DNA of 64,000 nucleotides from Escherichia coli (lineage in GTDB: Bacteria > Pseudomonadota > Gammaproteobacteria > Enterobacterales > Enterobacteriaceae), in the NCBI RefSeq assembly GCF_051903065.1, contig NZ_CP178438.1; one strand, given 5' to 3'. Made by a program: the position numbers and the translations under genes. Positions within the stretch are counted from its first letter, which is position 1; each line of letters opens with the position of its first letter. Shown one piece after another: positions 33,961 through 47,190 of this stretch. The notes beneath the pieces were generated by a model that made no database searches, was not told the origin of the DNA, and saw only the letters and a list, made by a program, of their open reading frames with translations.

Positions 33961-34008
33961 TTTTGTGAACATCACCCCGTGCGAGGTGATGTTCCGCTTG
34001 TTGCTAAT

Positions 34009-35082
34009 TTAGTGACCAATCATTGGCGCTTGTGGAATTAAGCGTCGGTACAATTCCTCCGGCACCGGGCTTTGCCATACTCCCGCATACATTGCGTAAC
34101 CAATCACCGCAAACATAATCCCCAAAACCAGTAGTGTCATTAACCAGCCAGACAACGCAAAGGCTTTTTTATTTGCCGCAGGTTTTTGCAGTGAAAAGGT
34201 CAATGTTGAGGCTACCGGACATGACTCTACGCAAGTCATACAGCCGGTACATTCCACTGTTCGTACCTGAATTAATTTATCGACCGGGATCCGTGATGGG
34301 CAATTTTTTGCGCATTTGCCACAATCGATACAACTTTCGGCATTGCGACGAATCTTAAACGGCGATAATAGCGAAACCACGCCCATCAGCGCGCCATATG
34401 GGCAAAGATAACGACACCAGGCATGGCGAATAAACAGGCTGGCAATCAGCAAAACGGTCACGCTGATTAATGTCGCGGTCCCCATATGACGAAAGAAATC
34501 GAGCATTTTAACGTCCATCACCACGCTGTAGGGCGACAACATAAAATAGTGAATCGCCTGAGCGGGCATCAATAACGCGATATAGAGAAAAAAACTCAAC
34601 AGCACATACTTCACGCCGCGCAGAGGAATATCCAACCAGCGGGGAAGGACACATTGCCGACCAAACAGTTTGTTACCGAGAGCGCCGATTAATTCAGAAA
34701 GCGTACCAACCGGGCATAACCATGAGCAAAAGGCCTTTTTGAGTAATAGACTGATGACGATAAAAGCGACCAATAACAGCATCGCGGCGGCGTGGACGGA
34801 CGGTAACTGACCTGTTGCAAGGCTATATTTCAGATTCATCAGACCGGCAATCGGTAGCCAGCCTTCGATACCTCCCGGTCTGGCGACAAATGTCGTGCTA
34901 CTTGCCGTTTCGTAATAGCGCACCCAATACCAGAACGTGATGGCAATATAAATATTCATTGCCAACAGCAATAATTGCGTCGCTTTACGCCAGGTCGTGG
35001 CATTGTGCCAGTCATTCCACGGTAATTTGCCGCCCGTCGTGCCTGGCCGCCGCTGCCAGCGGGTTCTTTTATTCTCTGCCAT
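34009..35082 (-). CDS. yccM: NapH/MauN-like membrane-bound 4Fe-4S ferredoxin
   Basis: 357-aa ORF with TM segments and CxxCxxCxxxCP ferredoxin motifs (CIDCGKCAKNCP, CTGCMTCVESCP). Confidence 0.9.
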   Translation of the reverse strand: MAENKRTRWQRRPGTTGGKLPWNDWHNATTWRKATQLLLLAMNIYIAITFWYWVRYYETASSTTFVARPGGIEGWLPIAGLMNLKYSLATGQLPSVHAAAMLLLVAFIVISLLLKKAFCSWLCPVGTLSELIGALGNKLFGRQCVLPRWLDIPLRGVKYVLLSFFLYIALLMPAQAIHYFMLSPYSVVMDVKMLDFFRHMGTATLISVTVLLIASLFIRHAWCRYLCPYGALMGVVSLLSPFKIRRNAESCIDCGKCAKNCPSRIPVDKLIQVRTVECTGCMTCVESCPVASTLTFSLQKPAANKKAFALSGWLMTLLVLGIMFAVIGYAMYAGVWQSPVPEELYRRLIPQAPMIGH

Positions 35083-35153
35083 GATTTTGCCAGTCCGTTA
35101 AGTTGCATGCCAAATGCCACTATTCTAATTATTCTTAACTGGCTGATATTGAT

Positions 35154-37898
35154 TCAAATCGCGTTCAGGTCTTTCTTATGCAACCATGCTTCCAGAGCGG
35201 CAACACTGCGTGTAATTTCTTCGTGTGGAAGGGGGGCAGATAATGGCTGCTGCTCCAGTTGTGCGCATATCTGGCTGGCGACACGCATTCCCAGACTCGA
35301 GCAACTGCTTTTTAACTGATGCGCGGCACGCTTTATTTTCTCGCTATCCTGACTGGCGCGGGCAATGTCGATTTCATCGAGAAGCGGCAGGGCATGTTGT
35401 TTAAATAATGCCAGCCATTCGTGGATCTTCTCTGTCCCCATTAACTGAGCGTCTTCATTGAGTTGCGAGACATCCAGTGGTAGATCGTTATTGGCTTGCA
35501 GTTGGAGATAGTGCGCCAGTAACTGACCGAGCACTTCACGCGGCACCGGTTTAGGGATAATCCCGCGAAATAGTAAACTGGTACGCTGGCGCAGCGTTTC
35601 GTCAATGACATGGGCGCTAAAGCCAATCAAAACCAGCGACGGATATTGCTGTGCCAGTTGCCGGGCAAGGGTAATGCCGTCGATATCCGGCAGATCAAAA
35701 TCCACCAGTGCGGCAGCAAACGGTTCGCTATTTTGCAGTGTCTCTAAAGCCTGCGCGGCATTGCCAATAGCAACAACCTGCGCACCACTGGTGTTCAGCA
35801 TCTCAACGGTAATTCGCTGGGTTAGCGGGTTATCTTCAATTAACAGCAAACGTAAACCGTCAAGACGCACCGCCTGATTGACTGTTTTTGGCACGGGTGC
35901 CGTGGCAACACGTAACGGCAAGCGTAAACAAAAACAGCTTCCAACCTCCGGCGTGCTGGTGGCGCTCAGTTCGCCGCCCATCGCCTGGGCCAGACGGCTA
36001 CTGATAGTCAGCCCCAGCCCGGTGCCGCCGCGTTTGCCGCTTACCTGCACAAATGGCTGGAAGATTTCTGCCAGTTTCGCGGGATCAATACCGCAGCCGC
36101 TGTCTTCCACTTCGACCAGCCATTGCTCGCCATCAGTGCGGCTACGTAAAACGATCTGCCCTTCGTCAGTAAAACGTAGGGCGTTGCTCAACAGGTTGGT
36201 TATAACCTGACGAATACGTCGCGGATCGCCCATTAACGCAGTCGGTACATCGTCGGCCATTTCAGTTGTCAGGCGAATCGGCCGACCTTTCACCCGTCCG
36301 CTCATTAATTGCAGGGTACTTTCCAGCAGCGGGCGCGGTTCAAAGGGCTCATCGCTGACCGAAACATTCTTGCCACCTGCTTCGATAGCGGAATAATCGA
36401 GAATATCGTTGAGGATGGTCAGCAACGATTCGCCGGAGTCGGTAATTGCCCGCAAATCATCACGCTGGGCGTTAAGTGCGGGGTTATCTGCCAGTAGCTG
36501 TGCGGTGCCGAGAATACCGTACAGCGGTGTGCGGATCTCATGGCTCATCGCCGCCAGAAACGCCGATTTTGCCTGGCTGGCTTTTTCTGCTTCCGCCCGT
36601 GCTTGTCGGTGTTCTATCACCAGTTCCTGCAATTCAGCTGTACGCGCTTTGACCTGTGCCGCCAGCTGTTCGCGGTGGCGATTCAGTGCATGAACACTGC
36701 TGCGAAACGCATCCATCAGCCGCCCGATGGTGTCCAGCTCCCGTACACCAGCGGTTTCCGGGAAAGGGGAGTCAATATCACCGTCCAGCAGCCGTTGCAG
36801 CGCCTGCGTTTGTTCGGCAAGTGGACGCGTGACTGAGCGATAAACCACGCGCCAGAGGATCAGAATCAGTGCGCAAAGTGAAACCATCCCCAGCAATAAC
36901 AGGCTGTATTGCCCGCGTGCACTGGCTTTTTCCAGATGCGCCAGTCCATGCTGATTGCGCAGCTCAATGGTGTCGACCAGCTGACTGACTTCGCTACTAA
37001 ACAGCGCGAACTGGGCGATATTATTTTGGGCGAGAGTTTGCAGGTGATTGCTGATTTCACTGTCCTGCTGGAACAGCGCCAGCAAATCGCTATATTGGCT
37101 AACGGTAGTTAACGTTGTTGCGACCTGCGCACGAACTCCCGGATCTTCAATGCGTATTTGCCGACGTTGCAGAATTTTCACCGCATTATTGAGCTGCTTT
37201 TCCAGCGTTGGTGCATTTTTCTGGAGCTGCTCCAGCCCCAGATTCATCACCATTTGCTGCACCCGCAGAGCGCTAAGGCGCAGTTCATTCATCTGGTTAA
37301 CATACTCAAGATCGATATCAATCAGCCGATCGAGTGCACTTTCAGCAGCCTGACGCTGATGTTGTTCGATCAAATCGTAAATCCCGGCCTGGGTCGCTCC
37401 GGCGGAGGTTGCCGCATTATTCGCCTGACCTTGCGCCAGGCGTGCGATCTCATCGGCGGCAGCGACTATCTGCTGACTGAGTTGCTGTTGTTGCTGGCGC
37501 AGTTGCAAACGCTGCCCCACCAGTTCCCCTTGCTGACGTAACGAACGGGAGATCTCCTGCTCCTGTTGTTCAATAGCGGTGGTATCAAAACCTTGTTCCC
37601 GTAACGCTTGCAGCAACGCATTAATCTTCAGGCTTTGTGCGGTGAGCATTCGCCCCTGCGCCTGCCACATCTTTTCGTTATCGGCACTGGTCAGGTTCTG
37701 CGCGGCGAAAAGTTCCCAGGCGCTGGCTTCGCTCAACTGGCGCGCCATATTCATGGTAGGAATCAATGCCTGAGTATTGTCTTTTTCCACCTGGCTGATA
37801 AAGCGCAGGTTGTACCATCCCACCAGGGTACTGGTCAGGGTTAACAGCGCCATCAGGGCAAAGCCCATCCAGAGTCTTCGGGTCAGGGTTAAATTCAC
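35154..37898 (-). CDS. torS: TMAO-sensing hybrid histidine kinase
   Basis: 914-aa ORF with HisKA/HATPase, receiver and HPt domains. Confidence 0.95.
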   Translation of the reverse strand: MNLTLTRRLWMGFALMALLTLTSTLVGWYNLRFISQVEKDNTQALIPTMNMARQLSEASAWELFAAQNLTSADNEKMWQAQGRMLTAQSLKINALLQALREQGFDTTAIEQQEQEISRSLRQQGELVGQRLQLRQQQQQLSQQIVAAADEIARLAQGQANNAATSAGATQAGIYDLIEQHQRQAAESALDRLIDIDLEYVNQMNELRLSALRVQQMVMNLGLEQLQKNAPTLEKQLNNAVKILQRRQIRIEDPGVRAQVATTLTTVSQYSDLLALFQQDSEISNHLQTLAQNNIAQFALFSSEVSQLVDTIELRNQHGLAHLEKASARGQYSLLLLGMVSLCALILILWRVVYRSVTRPLAEQTQALQRLLDGDIDSPFPETAGVRELDTIGRLMDAFRSSVHALNRHREQLAAQVKARTAELQELVIEHRQARAEAEKASQAKSAFLAAMSHEIRTPLYGILGTAQLLADNPALNAQRDDLRAITDSGESLLTILNDILDYSAIEAGGKNVSVSDEPFEPRPLLESTLQLMSGRVKGRPIRLTTEMADDVPTALMGDPRRIRQVITNLLSNALRFTDEGQIVLRSRTDGEQWLVEVEDSGCGIDPAKLAEIFQPFVQVSGKRGGTGLGLTISSRLAQAMGGELSATSTPEVGSCFCLRLPLRVATAPVPKTVNQAVRLDGLRLLLIEDNPLTQRITVEMLNTSGAQVVAIGNAAQALETLQNSEPFAAALVDFDLPDIDGITLARQLAQQYPSLVLIGFSAHVIDETLRQRTSLLFRGIIPKPVPREVLGQLLAHYLQLQANNDLPLDVSQLNEDAQLMGTEKIHEWLALFKQHALPLLDEIDIARASQDSEKIKRAAHQLKSSCSSLGMRVASQICAQLEQQPLSAPLPHEEITRSVAALEAWLHKKDLNAI

Positions 37899-37980
37899 GG
37901 TCGGTGCACTTTAGGTGAAAAATGTTGAGTCGCAAAGCGGAATGCATCTAGCATAAAGTCTTATTATTGATGAGGCTATC

Positions 37981-39009
37981 ATGCGCGTACTGCTATTTTT
38001 ACTTCTTTCCCTTTTCATGTTGCCGGCATTTTCGGCTGATAACCTGTTGCGCTGGCATGATGCGCAGCATTTCACGGTGCAAGCCTCTATGCCGCTAAAA
38101 GCCAAACGCGTATGGAAACTGTGCGCGCTTTATCCCAGCCTGAAAGATTCATACTGGTTATCGTTGAACTATGGTATGCAGGAGGCTGCTCGCCGCTACG
38201 GTGTGGATTTAAAAGTGCTGGAGGCAGGCGGCTACAGCCAGTTGGCTACCCAGCAAGCACAAATCGACCAGTGTAAACAGTGGGGCGCAGAGGCCATTTT
38301 GCTCGGTAGTAGCACGACGTCATTTCCCGATCTGCAAAAGCAGGTAGCAAGTCTGCCGGTGATCGAACTGGTAAATGCTATTGATGCTCCCCAGGTGAAA
38401 AGCCGCGTTGGTGTACCCTGGTTTCAGATGGGCTATCAACCTGGGCGATATCTGGTGCAATGGGCGCACGGTAAACCACTGAACGTGCTGTTGATGCCCG
38501 GACCCGATAACGCCGGGGGCAGTAAGGAGATGGTCGAGGGTTTTCGCGCAGCCATTGCCGGAAGCCCGGTGCGTATTGTTGATATTGCGCTCGGTGATAA
38601 CGATATTGAAATCCAGCGTAACCTGTTGCAGGAGATGCTGGAACGCCATCCAGAAATCGACGTCGTTGCCGGAACGGCCATTGCGGCAGAGGCGGCAATG
38701 GGTGAAGGGCGCAACCTGAACACGCCGCTTACCGTGGTGTCGTTTTATCTTTCACATCAGGTGTATCGCGGGCTGAAGCGGGGAAGAGTGATTATGGCTG
38801 CCAGCGATCAAATGGTCTGGCAGGGGGAACTGGCGGTTGAGCAGGCCATCAGGCAGTTACAGGGGCAATCGGTGTCTGATAATGTCAGCCCACCGATTTT
38901 AGTTCTGACGCCGAAAAATGCCGACCGAGAACATATCCGCCGCTCGCTGTCACCGGGGGGATTTCGTCCGGTCTATTTTTATCAGCACACATCAGCGGCT
39001 AAGAAATAA
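37981..39009 (+). CDS. torT: Periplasmic TMAO-binding protein
   Basis: 342-aa ORF with signal peptide MRVLLFLLLSLFMLPAFSA, periplasmic binding-protein fold. Confidence 0.95.
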   Translation: MRVLLFLLLSLFMLPAFSADNLLRWHDAQHFTVQASMPLKAKRVWKLCALYPSLKDSYWLSLNYGMQEAARRYGVDLKVLEAGGYSQLATQQAQIDQCKQWGAEAILLGSSTTSFPDLQKQVASLPVIELVNAIDAPQVKSRVGVPWFQMGYQPGRYLVQWAHGKPLNVLLMPGPDNAGGSKEMVEGFRAAIAGSPVRIVDIALGDNDIEIQRNLLQEMLERHPEIDVVAGTAIAAEAAMGEGRNLNTPLTVVSFYLSHQVYRGLKRGRVIMAASDQMVWQGELAVEQAIRQLQGQSVSDNVSPPILVLTPKNADREHIRRSLSPGGFRPVYFYQHTSAAKK

Positions 39010-39674
39010 CCTTCGCCATGTTGTGTCACCAGTAAATCCGCGCTGAGTTTATGGCGTAAACGACGAATTAACACATCGACGGTGCGCAGGTCAGGGTTTT
39101 CCACCCGACGCGCAGAGAGCATACGCAGCAGACGTTCACGGCTGAGAATTTCTCCCGGATTCGTCACAAATGCCACCAACATTTCATACTCTGCGCGGGT
39201 CAGTTTAATCGGCTCACCATCCCGCTCCAGCGTATGGCGCGACACATTCAGGCAATAACCCGCAAAGCGATAGCAGTTGTCCTGAGTGAGCGGTTGAACT
39301 TGTCGCGCGAGGTCGATTCGCCAGAGCAGATTTTTTACCCGTACTACCAGTTCGCGCAGTTCCAGCGGTTTGGTGACGTAATCGTCTGCGCCCATTTCCA
39401 GCCCAACAATACGGTCAATCCGATCGCTGCGTCCGGTAACCAGAATAATCCCCACCGTTGAGCGTTCTCGCAGGGCGCGGGTTAACATCAGGCCATTTTC
39501 ATCGGGCAAGTTGATATCCAGCAGAATTAAATCCACCGGCTGATTCTGCATAATTTCCCGTAGCCCGGCACCGCTCGCCGTAACGGAAACGGTATACCCC
39601 TCCTGAGTGAAGTAGGATTGTAATCGCGCCTGGGTAACCGGCTCATCTTCAACAATAACAATGTGATGTGGCAT
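38982..39674 (-). CDS. torR: Response regulator TorR (OmpR family)
   Basis: 230-aa ORF MPHHIVIVEDEPVTQARLQSYFTQEGY...; 3' end overlaps torT by 28 bp. Confidence 0.95.
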   Translation of the reverse strand: MPHHIVIVEDEPVTQARLQSYFTQEGYTVSVTASGAGLREIMQNQPVDLILLDINLPDENGLMLTRALRERSTVGIILVTGRSDRIDRIVGLEMGADDYVTKPLELRELVVRVKNLLWRIDLARQVQPLTQDNCYRFAGYCLNVSRHTLERDGEPIKLTRAEYEMLVAFVTNPGEILSRERLLRMLSARRVENPDLRTVDVLIRRLRHKLSADLLVTQHGEGYFLAADVC

Positions 39675-39692
39675 CAGAGGGTTTTACTCATT

Positions 39693-39755
39693 CTGTTCAT
39701 ATCTGTTCATATTCTGCCGTAAGCCATTCATCCTGACCAGTGCCGCTGTTCATAT
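39693..39755. promoter_or_regulatory. tor boxes (TorR binding decamers) in the torR-torC divergent control region
   Basis: Direct repeats CTGTTCATAT (39693-39702), CTGTTCATAT (39703-39712), CCATTCATCC (39724-39733), CTGTTCATAT (39746-39755). Confidence 0.9.
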
Positions 39756-39803
39756 TTGCTCATTAAGATCGCTTCACTAAACCATAATTTTACAGGGGCT
39801 ATT

Positions 39804-40976
39804 ATGCGGAAACTCTGGAACGCGCTACGCCGACCCAGTGCTCGTTGGTCGGTACTGGCGCTGGTCGCTATTGGGATTGTGATTGGCATTGCGCTGATTG
39901 TATTGCCACACGTTGGGATCAAAGTCACCAGCACAACCGAATTTTGTGTCAGTTGCCACAGTATGCAACCGGTGTATGAAGAATATAAACAGTCGGTGCA
40001 TTTCCAGAACGCCTCCGGCGTGCGAGCTGAATGCCATGACTGTCATATCCCGCCGGATATTCCAGGCATGGTGAAGCGCAAACTGGAAGCGAGCAACGAC
40101 ATTTACCAGACCTTTATTGCTCACTCCATTGATACACCTGAAAAATTCGAAGCCAAACGCGCGGAACTTGCCGAGCGTGAATGGGCGCGAATGAAAGAAA
40201 ACAACTCGGCAACCTGCCGCTCCTGCCATAACTACGACGCGATGGATCATGCGAAGCAGCATCCTGAAGCGGCACGTCAGATGAAGGTGGCAGCGAAAGA
40301 TAATCAATCCTGCATCGACTGTCATAAAGGTATTGCCCACCAGTTACCGGATATGAGTAGCGGCTTCCGTAAGCAGTTCGATGAGCTGCGCGCCAGTGCT
40401 AATGACAGTGGTGACACGCTGTACTCTATTGATATTAAGCCGATTTATGCGGCGAAAGGCGATAAAGAAGCCTCTGGTTCTCTGCTGCCTGCTTCGGAAG
40501 TGAAAGTCCTTAAACGTGACGGCGACTGGCTGCAAATTGAAATTACCGGCTGGACAGAAAGCGCCGGACGTCAGCGTGTACTCACCCAATTCCCAGGTAA
40601 ACGCATCTTTGTTGCCTCGATTCGTGGTGATGTGCAGCAGCAGGTGAAAACGCTGGAGAAAACCACCGTTGCCGACACCAATACCGAGTGGAGCAAGTTG
40701 CAGGCCACCGCGTGGATGAAGAAAGGCGACATGGTGAACGATATCAAACCGATCTGGGCTTATGCGGATTCGCTGTACAACGGCACCTGTAACCAGTGCC
40801 ACGGCGCACCGGAAATCTCCCACTTTGACGCTAACGGTTGGATCGGCACGCTCAACGGCATGATTGGCTTTACCAGCCTCGATAAACGTGAAGAACGCAC
40901 CTTGTTGAAATATCTGCAAATGAATGCGTCTGACACCGCAGGTAAGGCTCACGGCGATAAGAAGGAAGAAAAATAA
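39804..40976 (+). CDS. torC: Pentaheme c-type cytochrome TorC
   Basis: ORF MRKLWNALRRPSARWSVLALVAIGIV... with CxxCH heme motifs; start trimmed to ATG 39804. Confidence 0.95.
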   Translation: MRKLWNALRRPSARWSVLALVAIGIVIGIALIVLPHVGIKVTSTTEFCVSCHSMQPVYEEYKQSVHFQNASGVRAECHDCHIPPDIPGMVKRKLEASNDIYQTFIAHSIDTPEKFEAKRAELAEREWARMKENNSATCRSCHNYDAMDHAKQHPEAARQMKVAAKDNQSCIDCHKGIAHQLPDMSSGFRKQFDELRASANDSGDTLYSIDIKPIYAAKGDKEASGSLLPASEVKVLKRDGDWLQIEITGWTESAGRQRVLTQFPGKRIFVASIRGDVQQQVKTLEKTTVADTNTEWSKLQATAWMKKGDMVNDIKPIWAYADSLYNGTCNQCHGAPEISHFDANGWIGTLNGMIGFTSLDKREERTLLKYLQMNASDTAGKAHGDKKEEK

Positions 40977-43522
40977 TGAACAATAACGATCTCTTTCAGG
41001 CATCACGTCGGCGTTTTCTGGCACAACTCGGCGGCTTAACCGTCGCCGGGATGCTGGGGCCGTCATTGTTAACGCCGCGCCGTGCGACTGCGGCGCAAGC
41101 GGCGACTGAGGCTGTCATCTCGAAAGAGGGTATTCTTACCGGGTCGCACTGGGGGGCTATCCGCGCGACGGTGAAGGATGGTCGCTTTGTGGCGGCAAAA
41201 CCGTTCGAACTGGATAAATATCCGTCGAAAATGATCGCCGGATTGCCGGACCACGTACACAACGCGGCGCGTATTCGTTATCCGATGGTACGCGTGGACT
41301 GGCTGCGTAAGCGCCATCTGAGCGACACCTCCCAGCGCGGTGATAACCGTTTTGTGCGTGTGAGCTGGGATGAAGCCCTCGACATGTTCTATGAAGAACT
41401 GGAACGCGTACAGAAAACTCACGGGCCGAGTGCCTTGCTGACCGCCAGTGGTTGGCAATCGACGGGGATGTTCCATAACGCTTCGGGGATGCTGGCGAAA
41501 GCTATTGCCTTGCATGGTAATAGCGTTGGTACGGGCGGAGATTACTCTACTGGTGCTGCGCAGGTGATCCTGCCGCGCGTAGTCGGTTCGATGGAAGTGT
41601 ATGAACAGCAAACCTCCTGGCCGCTGGTATTGCAGAACAGCAAAACCATTGTGCTGTGGGGCTCCGATTTGCTGAAAAACCAGCAAGCGAACTGGTGGTG
41701 CCCGGATCACGATGTTTATGAATATTACGCGCAGTTGAAAGCGAAAGTCGCCGCCGGTGAAATTGAGGTCATCAGCATCGATCCGGTTGTCACATCCACC
41801 CATGAGTATCTGGGGCGCGAGCATGTGAAGCACATTGCGGTTAACCCGCAAACTGACGTGCCGCTGCAACTGGCGCTGGCGCATACGCTGTACAGTGAAA
41901 ACCTGTACGATAAAAACTTCCTCGCTAACTACTGTGTGGGTTTTGAGCAGTTCCTGCCGTATCTGCTGGGTGAGAAAGACGGTCAGCCGAAAGATGCCGC
42001 ATGGGCTGAAAAACTGACCGGCATTGATGCCGAAACCATTCGTGGACTGGCGCGGCAGATGGCGGCGAACAGAACGCAGATTATTGCTGGCTGGTGCGTA
42101 CAGCGTATGCAGCACGGTGAACAGTGGGCGTGGATGATTGTGGTTCTGGCGGCGATGCTGGGGCAAATTGGCCTGCCAGGTGGTGGCTTTGGTTTTGGCT
42201 GGCACTATAACGGCGCAGGCACGCCGGGGCGTAAAGGCGTTATTCTGAGTGGTTTCTCCGGCTCTACGTCGATTCCGCCTGTTCACGACAACAGTGATTA
42301 CAAAGGCTACAGCAGCACCATTCCGATTGCCCGTTTTATCGATGCGATCCTCGAACCGGGGAAAGTGATCAACTGGAACGGTAAATCGGTAAAACTGCCG
42401 CCGCTGAAAATGTGTATTTTTGCCGGAACTAACCCATTCCATCGCCATCAGCAGATCAACCGCATTATTGAAGGCTGGCGCAAGCTGGAAACGGTTATCG
42501 CCATAGATAACCAGTGGACCTCAACCTGCCGCTTTGCCGATATCGTGCTGCCTGCGACCACGCAGTTTGAGCGTAACGATCTCGACCAGTACGGCAACCA
42601 CTCCAACCGTGGCATTATCGCCATGAAACAGGTCGTGCCGCCGCAGTTCGAGGCGCGCAACGACTTTGATATTTTCCGTGAGCTGTGCCGCCGCTTTAAT
42701 CGCGAAGAAGCCTTTACCGAAGGGCTGGACGAAATGGGCTGGCTGAAACGCATCTGGCAGGAAGGTGTTCAGCAAGGCAAAGGACGCGGCGTTCATTTGC
42801 CAGCGTTTGATGACTTCTGGAATAACAAAGAGTACGTCGAGTTTGACCATCCGCAGATGTTTGTTCGCCACCAGGCATTCCGCGAAGATCCGGATCTCGA
42901 ACCGCTGGGCACGCCGAGTGGCCTGATTGAGATCTATTCGAAAACCATCGCCGATATGAACTACGACGATTGTCAGGGGCATCCGATGTGGTTTGAGAAA
43001 ATCGAACGCTCCCACGGTGGGCCTGGCTCGCAGACGTATCCGTTGCATCTGCAATCTGTGCATCCGGATTTCCGACTTCACTCGCAGTTATGTGAGTCGG
43101 AAACTCTGCGTCAGCAATATACGGTAGCGGGTAAAGAGCCAGTGTTCATTAACCCGCAGGATGCCAGCGCGCGCGGTATTCGTAACGGTGATGTGGTACG
43201 CGTCTTTAACGCCCGTGGTCAGGTGTTGGCAGGGGCAGTAGTTTCTGATCGCTATGCACCCGGCGTGGCGCGAATTCACGAAGGGGCATGGTACGATCCA
43301 GATAAAGGCGGCGAGCCTGGTGCGCTGTGCAAATACGGTAACCCCAACGTGTTGACCATCGACATCGGTACTTCGCAGCTGGCGCAGGCGACCAGTGCGC
43401 ACACTACGCTGGTGGAAATTGAGAAGTACAACGGAACAGTGGAGCAGGTAACGGCGTTTAACGGCCCCGTGGAGATGGTGGCGCAGTGCGAATATGTTCC
43501 CGCGTCGCAGGTGAAATTATGA
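40976..43522 (+). CDS. torA: TMAO reductase catalytic subunit (molybdopterin, Tat signal)
   Basis: 848-aa [31 protein letters not shown]... (twin-arginine leader). Confidence 0.97.
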   Translation: MNNNDLFQASRRRFLAQLGGLTVAGMLGPSLLTPRRATAAQAATEAVISKEGILTGSHWGAIRATVKDGRFVAAKPFELDKYPSKMIAGLPDHVHNAARIRYPMVRVDWLRKRHLSDTSQRGDNRFVRVSWDEALDMFYEELERVQKTHGPSALLTASGWQSTGMFHNASGMLAKAIALHGNSVGTGGDYSTGAAQVILPRVVGSMEVYEQQTSWPLVLQNSKTIVLWGSDLLKNQQANWWCPDHDVYEYYAQLKAKVAAGEIEVISIDPVVTSTHEYLGREHVKHIAVNPQTDVPLQLALAHTLYSENLYDKNFLANYCVGFEQFLPYLLGEKDGQPKDAAWAEKLTGIDAETIRGLARQMAANRTQIIAGWCVQRMQHGEQWAWMIVVLAAMLGQIGLPGGGFGFGWHYNGAGTPGRKGVILSGFSGSTSIPPVHDNSDYKGYSSTIPIARFIDAILEPGKVINWNGKSVKLPPLKMCIFAGTNPFHRHQQINRIIEGWRKLETVIAIDNQWTSTCRFADIVLPATTQFERNDLDQYGNHSNRGIIAMKQVVPPQFEARNDFDIFRELCRRFNREEAFTEGLDEMGWLKRIWQEGVQQGKGRGVHLPAFDDFWNNKEYVEFDHPQMFVRHQAFREDPDLEPLGTPSGLIEIYSKTIADMNYDDCQGHPMWFEKIERSHGGPGSQTYPLHLQSVHPDFRLHSQLCESETLRQQYTVAGKEPVFINPQDASARGIRNGDVVRVFNARGQVLAGAVVSDRYAPGVARIHEGAWYDPDKGGEPGALCKYGNPNVLTIDIGTSQLAQATSAHTTLVEIEKYNGTVEQVTAFNGPVEMVAQCEYVPASQVKL

Positions 43523-44118
43523 CCACGCTGACAGCACAACAGATTGCCTGTGTTTACGCCTGGCTGGCGCAGTTGTTCTCCCGTGAACTGGACGATGAAC
43601 AACTGACGCAAATCGCCAGTGCGCAGATGGCTGAATGGTTTTCGTTGCTGAAATGCGAACCGCCGCTCACTGCGGCGGTGGATGAGCTGGAAAACCGTGT
43701 TGCCACTCTGACAGTACGTGACGATGCCCGTCTGGAACTGGCCGCTGACTTTTGCGGCCTGTTTCTGATGACTGACAAACAAGCGGCGCTGCCGTATGCA
43801 TCGGCCTACAAACAGGACGAGCAAGAGATTAAACGCTTGTTAGTTGAGGCAGGGATGGAAACCAGCGGCAATTTCAACGAACCGGCAGATCATCTGGCGA
43901 TCTATCTCGAGTTGTTGAGTCATCTGCATTTTTCGCTGGGAGAGGGGACGGTTCCTGCGCGAAGAATCGACAGTTTACGGCAAAAAACACTCACGGCGCT
44001 GCGGCAATGGTTACCAGAGTTTGTTGCGCGTTGCCATCAGTATGACAGCTTTGGTTTTTACGCGGCACTAAGCCAGTTATTGCTGGTGTTAGTTGAGGGC
44101 GACCACCAAAACAGATAA
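43519..44118 (+). CDS. torD: TorA-specific chaperone
   Basis: [32 protein letters not shown]...; ATG 43519 overlapping the torA stop. Confidence 0.95.
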   Translation: MTTLTAQQIACVYAWLAQLFSRELDDEQLTQIASAQMAEWFSLLKCEPPLTAAVDELENRVATLTVRDDARLELAADFCGLFLMTDKQAALPYASAYKQDEQEIKRLLVEAGMETSGNFNEPADHLAIYLELLSHLHFSLGEGTVPARRIDSLRQKTLTALRQWLPEFVARCHQYDSFGFYAALSQLLLVLVEGDHQNR

Positions 44119-44129
44119 CGTCGTTTGTT

Positions 44130-44148
44130 GGCCTGATAAGACGCGTTT
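44130..44148. repeat. Left arm of a REP/palindromic unit split by the IS insertion
   Basis: GGCCTGATAAGACGCG+TTT directly abuts the IS left end; complementary to the arm at 45584-45598. Confidence 0.75.
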
Positions 44149-44678
44149 TGAACTGCACCCCAAATGTTGGACATAATCTGACATCTGAAGGTGCAGTTTA
44201 TGAAACATTCATTTGAAGTAAAACTTGCCGCTGTAAATCATTACCTGGCCGGTCATGCAGGCATCATTTCTACGGCAAAACTCTTTCAACTTTCTCACAC
44301 CAGCCTCTCACACTGGATTAATCTTTTTCTTCTTCACGGTCCTCAGGCACTGGATTGCAGACACAAGCGTAGCTATTCTCCTGAAGATAAACTTTGCGTG
44401 GTTCTTTATGCTCTCGGGCATTCTGAGTCTCTACCCCGGGTAGCTGCCCGGTTTAACATTCCCAGCCACAACATGGTTAAAAACTGGATAAAAGGCTACC
44501 GCAAATCTGGTAATGAGGCCTTTATCAGGCGCAGGAAGGAGAAAAGCATGACCCGTTCTGATGATACCCATGAAAACGAGGCAAACATGACGCCGGAAGA
44601 GATGAAGAATGAGCTGCGTTATCTTCGCGCAGAAAATGCATATCTGAAAGCCATGCAGGAGCATCTCCTGGAAAAAAA

Positions 44679-45574
<896 letters not shown>

Positions 45575-45580
45575 TGTTCA

Positions 45581-45643
45581 TTTAGCGTCGCATCAGGCAT
45601 TAGGGCACCGCCGCCGGATGCGGCGTGAACGCCTTATCCGGCC
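45581..45643. repeat. BIME: right arm of the split palindromic unit plus a second REP
   Basis: TTT+AGCGTCGCATCAGGC, then GCCGGATGCGGCGTGAACGCCTTATCCGGCC (classic REP sequence). Confidence 0.8.
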
Positions 45644-45704
45644 CACAGGAAAAGTACTCTTTGCAGGCAGGCTAAGATGCGTCATCACATCCGGCAAACA
45701 CACA

Positions 45705-46010
45705 TCACGGATGAGCTACAAACCGGGAAAGCCGCTGGCGCAGCAGGCGGTTTTCCTGCTTCAGGTGCGCAATATCATCCATTAACGTCAGCGCCACCGC
45801 GATCCCCGGCCAGTCCAGAGCCAGTTCATTACGCAGGCGCACCGCGCGTTGCACCACGATGGCGGCATGGTCGTCAAATACCCAGGTTGTTTCCTGGATC
45901 TCACGCGGTTCAACCACCCCCAAACCGACAATTTCATTCAATTCCTCTTCAGAGATGCCGGTATGCAGGCAAAATTCGGTAATAGTAAAAGTCACCGTAA
46001 CATTAGCCAT
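45705..46010 (-). CDS. cbpM: Chaperone modulator CbpM
   Basis: [38 protein letters not shown]...; start trimmed to ATG 46010 overlapping the cbpA stop. Confidence 0.93.
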   Translation of the reverse strand: MANVTVTFTITEFCLHTGISEEELNEIVGLGVVEPREIQETTWVFDDHAAIVVQRAVRLRNELALDWPGIAVALTLMDDIAHLKQENRLLRQRLSRFVAHP

Positions 46011-46930
46011 TATGCTTTCCCCCAATCTTTACGTGGATCAAAAGACGACTGGGCGTCTGCCAGTTGCTGCCACAGCGCGGCAGTGTTTTCATCCGGTTTC
46101 GGCGGCATCACGATTTTCAGTACCGCATACAGATCGCCGGTCTGTTTTTTGCTCACCAGACCTTTGCCTTTAACGCGCAATCGTTGCCCGGCCTGGCTGC
46201 CAGGCGGGATAGTCAGCAAAATGCTTTCTTTCAGTGTTGGAACGGTGACTTTAGCACCCAGCGCCGCTTCCCACGGGCTAACCGGCACCACAATTTCCAG
46301 ATCCTGGCCGACAATATCAAACAGCGGATGTGGCGCAATATGAATCACCAGCCACAAATCGCCATTTGGACCGCCGTTTTCGCCCGGCGTCCCCTGGCCT
46401 TTCAGGCGGATGCGTTGACCATTGCCGACGCCTGCCGGGATCTTCACATTCAGCGTTTTCGGGATTTCCTGTTCGATCATGCCAAAGGCGTTATAAACCG
46501 GCAGGTTATAGCTGATGGTACGCTTATGCTCAGTAAGCGTTTCTTCGAGGAATACCGCCACTTCGATTTCAATATCGTGGCCGCGTGCGGCGGGGCGTTG
46601 ACGGCTCTGGCGGGCATGCTGACCGAAAATTGACGAGAAGATATCGTCAAAATCTTCGGCATTAAAACTCTGACCGTCGCCATGATGGAACTGACGGTTA
46701 AATTGCGGATCGTTGCGATGTTGCCACATCTGATCATACTCAGCGCGACGTTGTTCATCACTTAACACTTCCCAGGCTTCAGCGACCTCTTTGAAGCGGG
46801 CTTCGGCATCCGGTTCTTTGCTGACATCAGGATGATATTTACGGGCCAGTCGACGATAGGCGGTCTTGATTGTCTTGAGATCGTCCGTCGGTTTCACGCC
46901 CATGATGGCGTAATAATCCTTTAATTCCAT
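46010..46930 (-). CDS. cbpA: Curved-DNA-binding DnaJ homolog CbpA
   Basis: 306-aa ORF with J-domain [39 protein letters not shown]. Confidence 0.96.
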
Positions 46931-47190
46931 AGCGTTATCTCGCGTAAATCAACACAAATTGAAGGAACCCCTGTAAGGTAACTCCTATAAGTGTAGGGTA
47001 ATCCTCAAAATTTCATATGCCAACACAGAATATGTTATTGAAATCATCGCGGAGAGGAGGTCGCCATCAAGATGGGTTGCTGAACATATTTTAAACAGGT
47101 GAAAAAGGGTGAGCGATTTTTGATAGTTGAACCAGGCACTTTAAGTTTAACTAGGGCGTCATTATTTATTAAATTTTATAGGCGCTATAT

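Noticed and set aside
41069-42448. 459-aa ORF (and neighbours at 40344-41066, 42521-43081, 43276-43824) antisense to torC/torA
   Set aside because: They lie entirely inside well-supported GC-rich coding sequence on the opposite strand, with no start context or RBS; long antisense open frames are expected from codon bias in high-GC genes.
47051-47083. Three-codon mini-ORF ATG-GGT-TGC-TGA preceded by GGAGAGGAGG, upstream of yccE
   Set aside because: Too short to evaluate; the SD-to-ATG spacing (about 11 nt) is long, and the region may belong to the divergent cbpA promoter. Worth a look only if ribosome profiling shows initiation here.
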